Origin: Trichoplax adhaerens
Lineage: Eukaryota > Animalia > Placozoa
Direction of reading: 5' to 3'
NCBI RefSeq assembly: GCF_000150275.1
Contig: NW_002060944.1
Coordinates: 6,299,102-6,363,101, forward strand
DNA: 64,000 nt
Shown: positions 14,000 through 27,580 of the stretch, one piece after another
Position numbering within the stretch: position 1 is the first letter of the stretch
Layout: the number at the start of each line of letters is the position of its first letter
Position numbers and translations under genes: made by a program
The notes under the pieces: generated by a model
What the model saw: only the letters and a program-made list of their open reading frames with translations
Database searches by the model: none
Told to the model about the DNA's origin: nothing

Positions 14000-16300
14000 T
14001 CTTGCTTTCTGGTGTTATTAGCAACCAATTACCATCCATGGAGATTGATGTAATAATTCCAAGAATACTAAATGGATGCTATAATGGGTAGATAAAATAC
14101 GGCATTCTCTTGCAGATATTGAATCAATGCAATTATAAGTCTCGACGTAACTGCAGTAATCTACTTCGCTAGCTACACTTATCATCTATGCGTCCCTCTG
14201 CTATACAAGTATTTAAATAAAAACAACATTCACAAAAGGGATCATCATTCAATAAAATACAGTAAATCATTAATCGTCAACGCCAATAACATAACTACTG
14301 ATATTCAATTCATCAATAACAATCAATCTTTCTATAAAGCCTGACTATATGCCATTAACGCTTTAACCTATTCAATCCCTAACGCAATTATCCTAATAAG
14401 ATTATTATACAAAATGACTGCCTTCCATTGGTTGGCATAAAATAATGCAAGATTCAATAATCACTTTACATTGATGAAGTTTTCAAAACTATATATTTCA
14501 ATCTATCGCTCCAACAACAGTAAACATAGTCTTCCATACAATTAACGCAATTGCAGGGTAATTCATATCTTATACATATGGAATAATATTGTACTGTACC
14601 GTACATCAGTGACGACAGCATGGGATTAGCAAAGTAGATCAGCCCAAGAGTACATTAGATTATTAGAAATTAAAAACGGATACATTAATATTTTACTCAT
14701 CGAAATTAAATATTATTAAAATATCGACTAACTATCCAATTGATTCGGTAGTTGAGCTTTGCACACAACAATATTGAATCAATCAGCCCAGTGACCAATC
14801 TAGCTAATATTAACAATCATGTCAGGAAATTTATTTTCTATTTAATATCTATCTTTTGATAATCTTAATTTTCAATTTTACCATCAAATGGCTATATTTT
14901 CTTTGAGTAATGTACACTGTACGGTACATTTATGACCGGTATACTAGTAATACATAGACGAACGTAATGTATTAATCATCGATAGAATTTTGACGCTAAT
15001 CATACGTATAATATCAATTTTGTTACGCAGTAAATAAATACGTACAATCATGGCAATATGTCAATTATAATTAGCATCCTATACTATACAATCTACCGTA
15101 AAATTAGTGCTAGCTTGTAAGCAAATTTTCATGATCCGATGTAAGAATGAAGATCAATAAAATAATATGAATGACTATAAATCTGGTAATTTATTGGAGT
15201 GTCTAACCTTCGAGTAATATGTATTTTTTAATTCTACCGCGATAAACAATCATTAGCCAATCTTAATAATGACTCATCAAAGACATATAATCAAAGTCAA
15301 TAACATGATATTGGTGATGTGAAAGTATCCTTTACTTACTCCTAATATAGTATAATCCACTAAACGTCTCTTATTTGCGTGATATATGCGTACAGTATAT
15401 AGGAGTAATGATGAAAAATAAAATTGATAAAACTATTCTGCCTATCCAGAAAGTTCTAATCATCTTGTATCAATCAATATTTCCAAATCATGAGAGTTAG
15501 TCAGTTAATTAGTAAGTAGTATTTATTTAAATGGAATGTTATCATTATTTAACAATATTAGTTGCATTCATGAGGATTTGAGTTCAAAATATTGATCATA
15601 TAGTCAGAAAAAATTCATTTCGACGTCATCATAATTCCGGTAATGATTAATCAGAATAATATTGTGCTATTCATTCTTAGTCAACAATTAATCTCTATTC
15701 TTCTATTGACTATCTTGGATCCACGTGACCACTAATATAATTAATCAGCTATATTTATCTAATATGCTTTATTTTTATTATTATTTATTATTCCTTTGAG
15801 CTACGATAGTCTGCTAGTGTTTTTATTCTGTTGACTATTCAATTGAATGCCCTATCTGGTAAACAAGTTCGATATTATTGTGTGTTATTAGCTTAGGTGA
15901 CCTTATAAAAGAAGCTAAGGGCTATCATGGTAAACATTTTAGCCATCATTTCATCACCTTGATGGTTTGTAGCGTTAATTTTTCATTATTTACCCTTCTG
16001 ACGTTCAGGATGTTATTATTATCTAATCACCTTCTAGTTCAATGCTACTTTATCAATCGACGACATGAATGTAATTATCAAGTAATATGCAATAATACAC
16101 TAAATACATAATGTACGTCCAATTTTGGTTATAATCAACGTATACCTCGATACTTTATAATACAAGCAATCATCTAAAATCTGAGTGCAATAATCAGGAC
16201 TACTGATTATTAATCTGAACAAGCAAAACATACATATCTTGCAAAAGTAATAACAAAGTAAATGCTAAATCGTTCTCAAGCCTATATTCAAGGCTACAGA
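14000..16300 (+). pseudogene. Heavily decayed LRR + 7TM (LGR-like GPCR) relic; boundaries approximate
   Basis: Stop-riddled LRR-like peptides LSFAHNNIESISPV (~14751-14793) and FIGVSNLRVICI (~15190-15225). Hydrophobic segments follow, including a TM3-like LTIQLNALSGKQVRYYCVL (~15830-15890) and a TM4-like AIMVNILAIISSP*WFVALIFHYLPF. Confidence 0.4.
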
Positions 16301-19300
16301 ACATACCGTTATACGAAATGATTGATCTCCATCGCAATTGTTGCTAGTTTAACCAACGATTTTATCATTTGAGTAGCACTACTTGCCAGTAGGCAATATT
16401 CTACTTTATCATCAACCTATAGAGATACTCTCGTCATGATAGTAATAATGAATGAGCAACAGTAGTGAATTACTTCTGTCTACGTAATTCTGTTGATGAA
16501 TTATTTCTTATTTAATTTTATTTGTTATTGTCAGTATGTCACAAACAACCTGAGCCTAGCTTGAAATGAACCCGTATAAATCTTTCTGCAAATCAAAACA
16601 AGGTGATGATAATAATAATACGAGACAACGCGAATCATAATTGCAAGGATAAAAGGGTAAAAGAATAATATAACCTATTACCATAAATGATATTTTTGTA
16701 CTGACTACGTCATTCTTGCATCCACACAACAGCATTCAATTTAGTCAATCAATAAACAAGAACCTGAGTAACATGATTAGATGATAGTCTTGATTATAGA
16801 ATGTGCAATAAATCATACGTATAGTCAAATTGTTTATTAGGTTAATGAGAGGAAAAAGCAACATGGATAATATTACGAGCCCTATGCGTGATAGTCATGA
16901 TTCTAAACATATTTGTAGCAAATTACATTCCTACATAAAAAATAACTAGTAAAAAATAGTAACAGTCGGCAAACACTCAATAAAGTTGTCAATCCCATTA
17001 TTTAATTCATGCCTCATTAGCATAGCTACTCGGTGGCTATAATGTTGTTGTTATCTACTAGGAAAAGTGCGAGTGAATAATATTTCCTCAATAACATGAA
17101 AAGAATGCGAAGAATAATAGCTTAGATACACATCAGTCATACTAAACAATGATGTTATTGATTTTTTCAACATCTTCATCATGATGAAGACAAAATTATT
17201 ATTCTGATTACGGTATTACTTGATAACTATGTTCAACTGGAGATGTTGATAATTACAGGTGATAATCCTTAATGAATTTATATTGCCATATGGACTATAT
17301 GAGTACCTTGCGCTCTATTCTACATCCATTATGATTATAAGCTTATTCTCGTCTTTGTAACTGTAATTGAATTTAGGCAGGGCTAAACTGATGTTCTTTT
17401 TAATTCATCAATGAATTATGATGACAGTTACATGATTAGAAATCCAAAGAATGTCTGTCAAAAACATATTGAAGATAGATTTTACGTCAATCGAAAATTA
17501 GTAACAGCAACAAATTGAACATTTTTTAAATATATCAAACAAAAAGAAATAAAATTATCCTGTTGGATATTTTATATTGTTCCTGTATTAACATTATATA
17601 TCTATACCTTTCAGTTTCTTAATAGATTTCTCATTGCTGAAATGAGATGATTTCGTAGAATTAGGCCATAGCTATGCTGCAATGACAATATTTGTTCGTA
17701 TGCGTATCTAGGTGTCATTCAGATGATAGTCACAATTGCAATTATATTCCTTGTCATTTCAGTTCAGATTATCATTAGTTAATTGTCGATATAACCTACT
17801 AATAATAAACACAATGCTGTATCTTGCAATTTCCATATTAAACTATAATGATTATTGGCTGTGGCCAAGAATAGGAAATACAGTAAAATGCTGCGTTGTG
17901 CACGAGTTATGATTCAAATTTGTACCACGCCTCGCAGAAGGCTATAACGCTTTATTGCTTAAATTAAATGTTCATTTGAATTGATCATATTAACTTATTT
18001 ACTGTTTTATAGAGCATATGCATGTCATCTATGTGTGGCATTTGCGATTACTCCAATAGTTATTTTTACCTACATTGTGATCGATACCATCTTATCATAG
18101 CTTATAGTTTACAGTATTAATCAATTGCAGTAGACATTAATTTTAATTCCAGTATCGATCTATGGGGACAATAACCTGATATGTAAACTAGCAATAAATA
18201 CTAATAAAATATAAAGGTAGAAATAACTTGGGACTTCTGTTAACTATCAACTTCATATATATATAATACAGTCCCATGGCAATCTACAACTTAGAGTGCA
18301 TTGAAAACAATATCCATTATTATCTTAGCAATAGAAATGGCTAAAATACACAGCGTACTGAGTGCAGCCGATGTGCAATGATAGACTGCAAGTACCATAT
18401 GTTGTAAGGTACGATGTACGTGCTGAGCATGTTGATATATACATTTACACGATTTAAATGAATCAGTATCACTTGCCAGTGTAGAAGAAAGTGAGGAATC
18501 GTAATGAAGAGATTATGTACTACGTTAAAACCCTAATATATTAATAAAAACGACTATTTTTCTCTTCAATGTTTACTCGTTTTCTACTTTAATAATACCT
18601 ATTTTTTGCTTTGTTATAATTTATTAAAGTGTTGTTTTCTTCAAATTCGATTCGTCATCTATTCACAATATTTATTGTATTTTTTGTTTTGATATTAAGC
18701 GCTTACTGGTCATTTATTCTTGCTTTATCTTTATCATTACTTACTCTACTGTATAGTATAGTCTATCAGTTCATCATATATTAATGTCTTTCTATGTTTT
18801 ATTTTATTCTATATATTTCATAAAGATAGTACCAAATCTCATTGCCGCTTAATCTTCTCATACGATTTGCTTTCTCTTCCTCGCATAATTTTATCGTTTG
18901 ATCCTTCCGATGACATTGATAATGACAGTATAATACTCAATTTATCATGATGGGCTACAACAGATCCAGTGTACTATCAAGTTAACGGTTTCGATTAATT
19001 AATTAGCTTTGGTAGACAGTGGAGTCCTTGTCTTGATTGATGATAGTATGATAAAATGCTACTACTCTTTATCTAGTTATTCGTTACGATGTTGAATAAT
19101 ATGTGCAAAATATGAATGAAACAACAAATCTGCAGTCAAATATCGTAAACTATTAATGACTATTGAGTGATATTCATCGCCAACTGCTTTAGTAGTCCTT
19201 ACATCATTTCTTTTTTGAGCAATTTTTATATTACAGCCCCTCTCTTTACCACACCCTAAAAATTTCCTCTATTTAATAAATAGGATCGATCATTTCTTAA

Positions 19301-20858
19301 AAGCTTTCAGTCATTATCCTCTTCTTGACTACGAACCTTTCTAACTTGCATTGATTAGAGGCTGAAAACACCGTTACCTTTATCTACTTTAGGTATGCAT
19401 TATAATAGTGATTACAAGAGGATTGTTAATCAATAATAATATCCATGATAATTAAAATAATAAAGAGCTTCTTTATATTTAACTGATGACTATAGTGTCT
19501 TTGTACGAGTAATGTGGTCAATAATATTTTTGCCTTCCGAGCATTGCGCAAGCTACATATACGAATACGTCTTTTAATACATTGCTGTCTTTATCAGAAG
19601 GATCATGTTAGGAAAAACCTAATAATCGATGAAGTTAATGACGTTACACGATAGTCGCAATAATCAATGTAATAAGAAAATAAAACAGCTAAACTACTGG
19701 ACAGTTAGAATTATACTATTGTGCCGTTTGATCAATTTTTCACTCGTCACGGCCATTTTTAATATACATGGTATAACATACGCGTAAAGAAGAGTTAATG
19801 ATGGAAAGCTGAGTTGAATTATACCCACGAAATTTATTTGTGTGATATCTTGTTACTCATAGCTATAGTATTTGTAGAAACACCCACTCTGACATATTAA
19901 ATCAAAATGGTAGCATGGGACTGATTACCGTATGGAATTTTACCATCTGTTTGTCAATAAAGTATATTAGCTTACTGCTGATCAGTCATTCTTCCATTTT
20001 TTTATAGTTTTTATATCATTTTCGCTACTTTGAGAAGTCATGTATGCGCCCTATGATAGGCATTACATCTTGATAACCCTATTCATTATTCCATGACCCT
20101 CAGTTCAAAATAATAACCAGTTGTGTTTATGCTGTATGCAATATTTTCTTTAGTCATTCCATATTTTTCTTGCATAACAATATAATACTTGTTTTCAATT
20201 ACGTACACATCGTAGAGACGTAAACGCTTTTAATTCATTAATTGCTATTGTTATGTAAATGTCATAATTGCATATATCAAGATAGATGTAGGTATGTCTG
20301 TATAACTAATAGTAATAACATAATCAAAAAACATGTTTTCCATCGACAGTCCTAACATACTATGAGGGCATTGATACGGAATAGTTCGTAATATCTATGA
20401 AATAAACAAAACAACCTTTTATTGACCTTAACTGGTGTAGTTATAGACCTTGTGTAACTGGATATGATCATCATTCTGTCAGGCGATTGCCGTCATTAAC
20501 TCATACCTACTCTTAACAAAATTATTATACGTATACCCAATATCCCCAACAGTACCTATCGATATTAAGATTGGAAAAAAATCTTCTTCTCAACTATCCA
20601 CAAAAAAATCATCCAATTTCAACTTGTTATTAGGTAACCCTATATTACATTAAAAAAATAATAAAAATAACGTTCAATTAAAGTATTTAATGCTAACTAT
20701 AAAATATGATCAAAAGTGTAAAAATTTTTGATTCCAATTATATTCATAATGTTAAATAGACTTTAAGTTCAAATTGTTGTTCAAACTAATCTACAAACTC
20801 TCTTTATCTTTCACCGTATACGCATTGATATCCATTAGCAGTATAGTTAAAATATCAG

Positions 20859-20886
20859 TATATATATATATATATATGTATATATG
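20859..20886. repeat. (TA)n microsatellite about 370 bp upstream of zinc-finger gene A
   Basis: A TA dinucleotide run with one G interruption, read directly from the sequence. Confidence 0.85.
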
Positions 20887-21247
20887 AGGACAACGATATT
20901 CATAAATAACTTTATTTCTTTCATGTGATTAAATTAGGTAGTGTTCGCACGCTGCTTATGTATCCACTCGGTGAAATCAGCTAATACTAATTATTTGGAG
21001 CATCATTGGCAATCGATTGCGAATATTATTAAATTACGAAATTCTTAATCTTGAATCTACTAATATCACATTGAGAATATTAATTACAGTGAGTATTAAA
21101 AAAACTATAAGAATTCTCGTCTTTTATGACATATCAATACAATATCGCCATTCATTAAAGACAGAAATTCAGTCAATTAATATTAAGAAGATTGAGACAT
21201 AATTTGATCCAACCTCTTGAAGCTTCGGGTAATCCTCTCTAACAAAT

Positions 21248-22810
21248 ATGACGGAAAGTAAAGAAGATAACACTAGTACCATATACGATATTTTTAATCG
21301 ATCAACTAGTGTTTGGAAACAAATATCGGAAATAGCAAGCAATAGCCGTAATGAATTACCTATACAACCAAGCGTGGCTATGGATTTATTAGAAAAATGC
21401 GCGAGAGAACTTGCGCGGATTGAGCCAATCCCTTCATCCGATACCGACGACGATGAAGCTGAAAATCAAAAACAACAAGAATTCTCAACGACAGAGATAT
21501 TATCCAATGTATCATTTTGGTCATCGCAAATGCTAAAAGTTATTTATAACAAGCAACTTTTACCTACTAATTTGTTGTCGCAACTAACCACCATACTATT
21601 TGGATGTATTCTGCATTCATTACGATTACTGAAAGGTGATTCGTCTACACACAACCTATTGCGGCAAATTCTTACGACGATGGCACCGTCGGATACATCT
21701 AACGATAGTATTGACGAAGACGAAGATATTGAATCCAACGACGATTTTGTAAAAAATGAAACATTTCCTACCGATTCATCATCCGTTGATGACAGTGATA
21801 GCCATAGCCAATCAAGCTTAATTGCTCCAACTGATAGCACTATTTCAAATCCAACACAATCTAACGGAAACAGTGTAAGCCATTCTAACGTCACTAATTT
21901 TAGTGTCAATTGTATCCTAAGCAATAACAGAAACACTGATGTCAAGAACCACGAGGAGTTACCAGTTGAGAAAATGAATGTTGCGGCTTGTTCGATGAAT
22001 AAAGATCAAGATCATTCAGTTAAGGAAACGTTTACCATAAATCGCGGTGTACCACTTCATCCCAATAATGTTTCATGCAATCCTGTTATTTCACCTGTTT
22101 TTATTTACGATATTACACCTGCTGGACCTCGTATTATTCCAGTACCTCAACAACAAGCTATGCCACCAACTGCTGTAGCATATACCAATTTCGGCAATAA
22201 TGTCAATGATCGCATTAACACAGTTAAACCGGTCGTCAATCCTTATCAGGGTGGCTATAATGATAACCCGCCGTTATTTTTCAAGAACAGAAATTTAGCA
22301 TCACCTAATCGTAATGCATTAAATCACGATGGACAATTTAACTATTACGATAATCATGGAGATGGCAGCAATCAAGATGGACCTTATCGATGTGATATCT
22401 GCTACAAAGCCTTTGGTCGCTCATATAGTCTAACAAGACATAAGAGGATACATACTGGCGAGAAACCCTATCGATGCGACGTTTGCCATAAATCATTCAC
22501 TCAGTCCTTTCATTTAAAAATGCATAAACGTACGCATTCGCGCGATGTTTTATATTCGTGCGATATCTGTGGAAAAAGTTTTATCCAAGCAAATGATTTA
22601 AAGAAACATCGAAGAGTTCATACCGGCGAAAAACCATACGTATGCATGATATGCCTAAAGCCTTTTACCGATTCCAGCCAGTTAAAACGTCATATTCGAG
22701 TTCATACTGGAGAAAAGCCATACACATGCGACATTTGCAATAAATCGTTTTCGCAATCTGGTACGTTGGCAAAACATAAAAAAATCCATCTTAGAAACGC
22801 GGAGCAGTAA
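21248..22810 (+). CDS. Zinc-finger gene A: 520 aa; N-terminal helical domain, eh1 motif and five C-terminal C2H2 fingers (putative transcriptional repressor)
   Basis: Single long ORF with 5 CxxC-x12-HxxxH fingers and TGEKPY linkers, except the ZF2-3 linker, which is SRDVLY. eh1-like FSVNCIL at 21899-21919. Confidence 0.92.
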   Translation: MTESKEDNTSTIYDIFNRSTSVWKQISEIASNSRNELPIQPSVAMDLLEKCARELARIEPIPSSDTDDDEAENQKQQEFSTTEILSNVSFWSSQMLKVIYNKQLLPTNLLSQLTTILFGCILHSLRLLKGDSSTHNLLRQILTTMAPSDTSNDSIDEDEDIESNDDFVKNETFPTDSSSVDDSDSHSQSSLIAPTDSTISNPTQSNGNSVSHSNVTNFSVNCILSNNRNTDVKNHEELPVEKMNVAACSMNKDQDHSVKETFTINRGVPLHPNNVSCNPVISPVFIYDITPAGPRIIPVPQQQAMPPTAVAYTNFGNNVNDRINTVKPVVNPYQGGYNDNPPLFFKNRNLASPNRNALNHDGQFNYYDNHGDGSNQDGPYRCDICYKAFGRSYSLTRHKRIHTGEKPYRCDVCHKSFTQSFHLKMHKRTHSRDVLYSCDICGKSFIQANDLKKHRRVHTGEKPYVCMICLKPFTDSSQLKRHIRVHTGEKPYTCDICNKSFSQSGTLAKHKKIHLRNAEQ

Positions 22811-25499
22811 ATTACAATCTAGATACTTCAATTAATTATTATGAAATAATTGCATACTGTTATAATTAAATCGATTGATTCATTACTTATAACATCAGCG
22901 AGAAAAGTATCAGAAGCCAATCTCTTATGTATTACTAAAACTGAAATGTATCTCAAGTGGTTTTCAGATTTAATTTTCAGTACGTTCAATTCAGTTTTTT
23001 GACTTGGCATACAATACGCCAAACATGACCAAATGTTGGTATTAATTGTAATCTTAACAATTATTCAGTATGTTATCAGTAATGTCTTACTCTTAACATT
23101 TGCAACTCTCATGTAGCAATAATTATTAGCACTCTAGTATCTTATATAAATCAATCTTCAAATAATTAGACTCTTAAAACTTGGTATGCTATAAAATAAT
23201 CATCACAATGGTATTAGCTGTAACAATGTGAATAATAATAGGATGATTAGTTTATAGTGGTACTCTAGTCTAAGGTTAGAACCATTTAGAGTTATACATG
23301 TAGTAAAGTCTATAAATGTAATCTTTTATTATACAATTTTCTGTCACGCCTACGAGAATTTAAAGTTAATACTTTTTGCCACGACTGCAAAATTGAATTA
23401 CTTGATGTTTTGCATACAAAAATTTTATTAGACAGCATTTTAAATATTCGTCCTATCTATTTTTGTTTGTAATTCAAGCTGCTATAATCATAAATATTAG
23501 AATATAAATTGGTACCTATTTAACGCATGGTACATTTTATTTTAAAATAGTTATATCAATGTTACTTGGTATTTTATTGATATTGTTGTGATACAATAAC
23601 ACTAAACTATATCACCTCCCAGGAATGATGTCTTCCTTAACCGGTAATGGAAATCGTCCCTTTTATTATCTGTTTATCGCTTATAAATTTGTACTACAGT
23701 ATACAGTATATATATATATACATATATACATGTAAACGTTAATAATTAATGATATATAAATTTATCAATTGAGCACCGATGTTCATAGGCGAATTGCAAT
23801 TTTAAAACATTTCAGCATTTTTGTGGGTTATTTGAAGGCTTTATTTAAAGTATAATCCGCATTTATACTACCATACTACATGAAGATGCAACGGCATCAT
23901 TTTATTTACTTAAATGATGGAATGTATTCTGTTAATAAATTTAAATGATGTCTAAAATGAAGTGTAGCTTACCGAAAATGGATTGACTACTGTATTGGAA
24001 TAATTGTACGGACTAATGTTGCACGAATAAGGTTATTCTTCTATTTATTAGCCATCGGATAAATTGAAACTTAAAAATTTTTTTTACTTAAGCTTTTATG
24101 CCAAGCAGAGATGCCTGATAGCAATACATTTCATTCGTCCCCGAACCTTTACAATTTGCTATTAATCTTTCTACTTCAAATTGCGTAGAATGATTAAACT
24201 CTTGGGTAATAAAAATTCATTTGAACTTTATAGGCTGGCTAATTTGATATAATTTATTGTAAGTCTTGTCTAAAATTTAGTATCATTCATGATTTGAATA
24301 ACAATCAGAGTTCAGTAATGTAATTAAGTCCAATCATATTGTTAATATGCATGTATTGATATATTCAAATCAGCCTATCTACATTAATGAGTATTTGAAA
24401 GTTCTGCTTACTAGGGTTATAATTAATTATTGTACATTAAATTAATTTTAAAGTAGCTTATTGATTCGTTCCGTTCTATTAACATCAGCTACTACGCAAG
24501 CTATCAATCATCGGTTTATCTCTCGTAAGGTCTCATAGCTATCAACAAATTAGAGTATTAAATTATATCTACTTACCGTATGTGCAACTTCTGAATTCTT
24601 AAGGAAATTGTAACAGATAAATAATTTCTGACAGTCAAAAGTTAGTAGCTGACAACTAACATCATATCTTGTTTTCTCTCAGTCTTCTAAGAAATCTTAC
24701 ATGAACATAAATTGAAAACTTTTAGGTTCTATAGAGATATAGTAAATAAAAATGTGAATAAAGATCATAACATGATTGTATTCCATAAAAATATGAACAG
24801 TTCCAAATAAGTACTACAAACAAAAGCAACGTATGTTTCTAGCCAATAACTAAGATAGGAGGATATGCATATTAACGTTCCGGATTAATAATAAAAGTAT
24901 TAAACGTCAGTCATGAAATCGTAATTATACTAATTATGTTTTCAATTTCATCTAAAAATTATATAACAAAAAATTTACATATCACTGTCAATCTTACTGC
25001 TGCAACACGTATAGTTATATTATTAGAAGTTTGAATGGTAATCATGCTCATTAACTTACAATCAACGAATAAAAAGAAATGATAACAAAACATAATGCAT
25101 TACACTCAATATGCCCTCGAAGTTCAGATTAAAATATGATATTTGGTTAAACTACACAGCCTAATCCACAGTATATTACACTTTTTATGTAATATATACT
25201 TACTGGTACTGCATAACTATCTCATAAGGTAACAATTAAGAAAATTTTTTGACTTTCATCTTCATCGTCTTAATGGTCGTAGTAAACATGCCATAAATAT
25301 TTCATGTTGTTTACTGGATGCAACGTTGAATTTTGTGACTCAACGCTGAAATATATGCTCTAAACTATAGTATTTTTATTTTAAATTTTATAAGGTGAAC
25401 ACATTAATAATGAATCAAGACAATAGCGTAGGAATAATTGATCCCTAATGTAAAATAATGCGAACATGCATTGTTTTGATGATTTAGGCAATGATTAGA

Positions 25500-27580
25500 A
25501 CCATCTTTTTTTAAAGAAAAAAATTAAAAGATTTTAACGATGATTCATCCCTAAAATTATCATTATCCATGATTGATAGTAGCGTGGTTATTATAAACGT
25601 ATCTACAACATCTGTTACTGGAAATAAACATGTTTACAAATGAAAGCGCACTAATGCAGAGTGTAAAATATGATATATTGAAAAAATAAAATTAATGTAT
25701 TAATAAAAAATGTAGTCCATATTTTAATACTTCCTGTTGATGCTAATCTAAAATCATTAAACTTCCTTCCGAAAATCGAAATGAATAATCCAATTAAAAT
25801 TTTTTAATGCGTAACAAACATCGTAAATAAATCTTTGAGATTTTATACGATAAGAATATAGAATGCCAAGCAATTATTAAATTCATCTAATAGTTAAGCC
25901 ATCGTAGAAATAGGATGTCAAAGGATGTAATACAATACCAGCATCGATCGATCTATTGATCGTATTAAGTTTGCGTATATACATTTTAAGATAAAAACAC
26001 TGTATTTATTCCAATGTACTGTATGTTTTCTTTCAGAATAAGTTTTCAATAGCATTATTATCTTATAGTAGTTCATAGCTATGTAAGGGGCGACAATAAT
26101 AAAATAGGAACTGTAGTATGGAGATTTTTGAGTAGGATTCAATAATATACGCTAGTAGATGTTATATGACTATATTCATTATCAACCTACATCGGATTTA
26201 ATCAAAATTTCAATAGATGTATTTACAAAATTATTGTTGTCCAAGCGTAGGATTATTACATCTGTATGATGATAATATAAGAAAGGAATTAGAAGTTAAT
26301 GTTAGTTCTTTAACCATGTCGAGAACATTTATATTCAAAGAAGAATTTATGTCAAAGTTCAAGCTTGTAAATAGCTCTGATAATACATTAGAGAGTATAC
26401 TTGTTATAAGACTGCTTCGTGACCGTAGTAAATCTCTTTGACACTATAAATAATTTGTAGATGATGAAAATCATCGTAAATTCAATCTCATCCAAGTGCC
26501 TTAACTTGATACATATCAAAATTAGATTCATATTAATTATAATAAATGATTGATAGCTACTGTTGAAACACAATTTGCTATGTTTCCTTTTATCCATACA
26601 AGCTTTTAATAATGGAAAAGTCTATGTTGTTCATGTCATGCTTTATAAACAGTAATACTTCGTTTCTAAGTTAATTATAATCTACATAACTGTAAGCATA
26701 GGACAGGAATATATATAATAAAAACCTAATTTTAATGTTCTTCTCTACCGCAAACTATACAGTGGGATAATGACTACATTTATTTCCTTTAAATTTGCTT
26801 GTTTTCATATCTAAAGTAAAGTTAAAATATGAAAAATTTTTCTTGTTGTTGTTGTTTTATCTTGTAATTTGATAGAGTGCTACATTCAGTTCGATGAAAT
26901 TTTTTTGTGCTAAAGAATGCTGACATATATGTAAAATCTAAATTTGAAAAAGGCAATTAATCATATTCTAGGTTAGTACATAATTTCTCTACGGAGTACA
27001 CGACTGGGCTATTTCCTTTACACGCCTCTTCTATTATTTCCAACTGATGTACAATTGAATATAGAAAATTCAATACAAGTCAAAAAGTAAACAATAAGCA
27101 ATAGCTATAGTACTGGCATTATGTAAATATACGATAATTCTAAGAGTACTGATGTTTAGCTTATAAAATGAGTAAAAGACAGAGTAAACAAGTATGGTAT
27201 ACACAATTTGAACAAATAAATGACATAGCGTCGATTTTTTAGTTACGAAAAACATTTTACGTACAGTAGATCAGTTCTTACTATAGGTCAGAATTATTTA
27301 GGGCGGGATGTAAATTGGTAACCTTATCACTTGAACATACCTATTTGACAATGACAAACTTTTAAGGCAACATATCCATACTTTTATTAGTGCAATTGGT
27401 ACAAGAGAAGTTCTATTAAGGATATCATCCAAGTACAATGAAGAAAGCATGATACATGAGATATCTTCCATAAATACACTGGCTACCATTAATTGATTTA
27501 GTCCGTGATAAGAAGAAGACAAACATAGAAATTGCATAAAGATACTTATTTTACTACTACAAGAAAAAATTGCCACTTAA
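25500..27580 (-). pseudogene. Decayed LRR-containing GPCR (LGR-like) relic; boundaries approximate
   Basis: Minus-strand fragments in N-to-C order: LSSLYLDDILN and LKSLSLSNRYVQVI (ORF 27298..27576); MVKELTLTSNSFLILS and IILRLDNNNF (~26320-26220); then a TM3/DRY-like CIYANLIRSIDRSMLVLY (ORF 25918..26142). Many stops and frameshifts. Confidence 0.55.

Noticed and set aside
21544-21945. Antisense ORFs within the zinc-finger and coilin genes (also 35160..35660, 50738..51382, 62397..62588, 5924..6112)
   Set aside because: Shadow frames of the real coding sequence.
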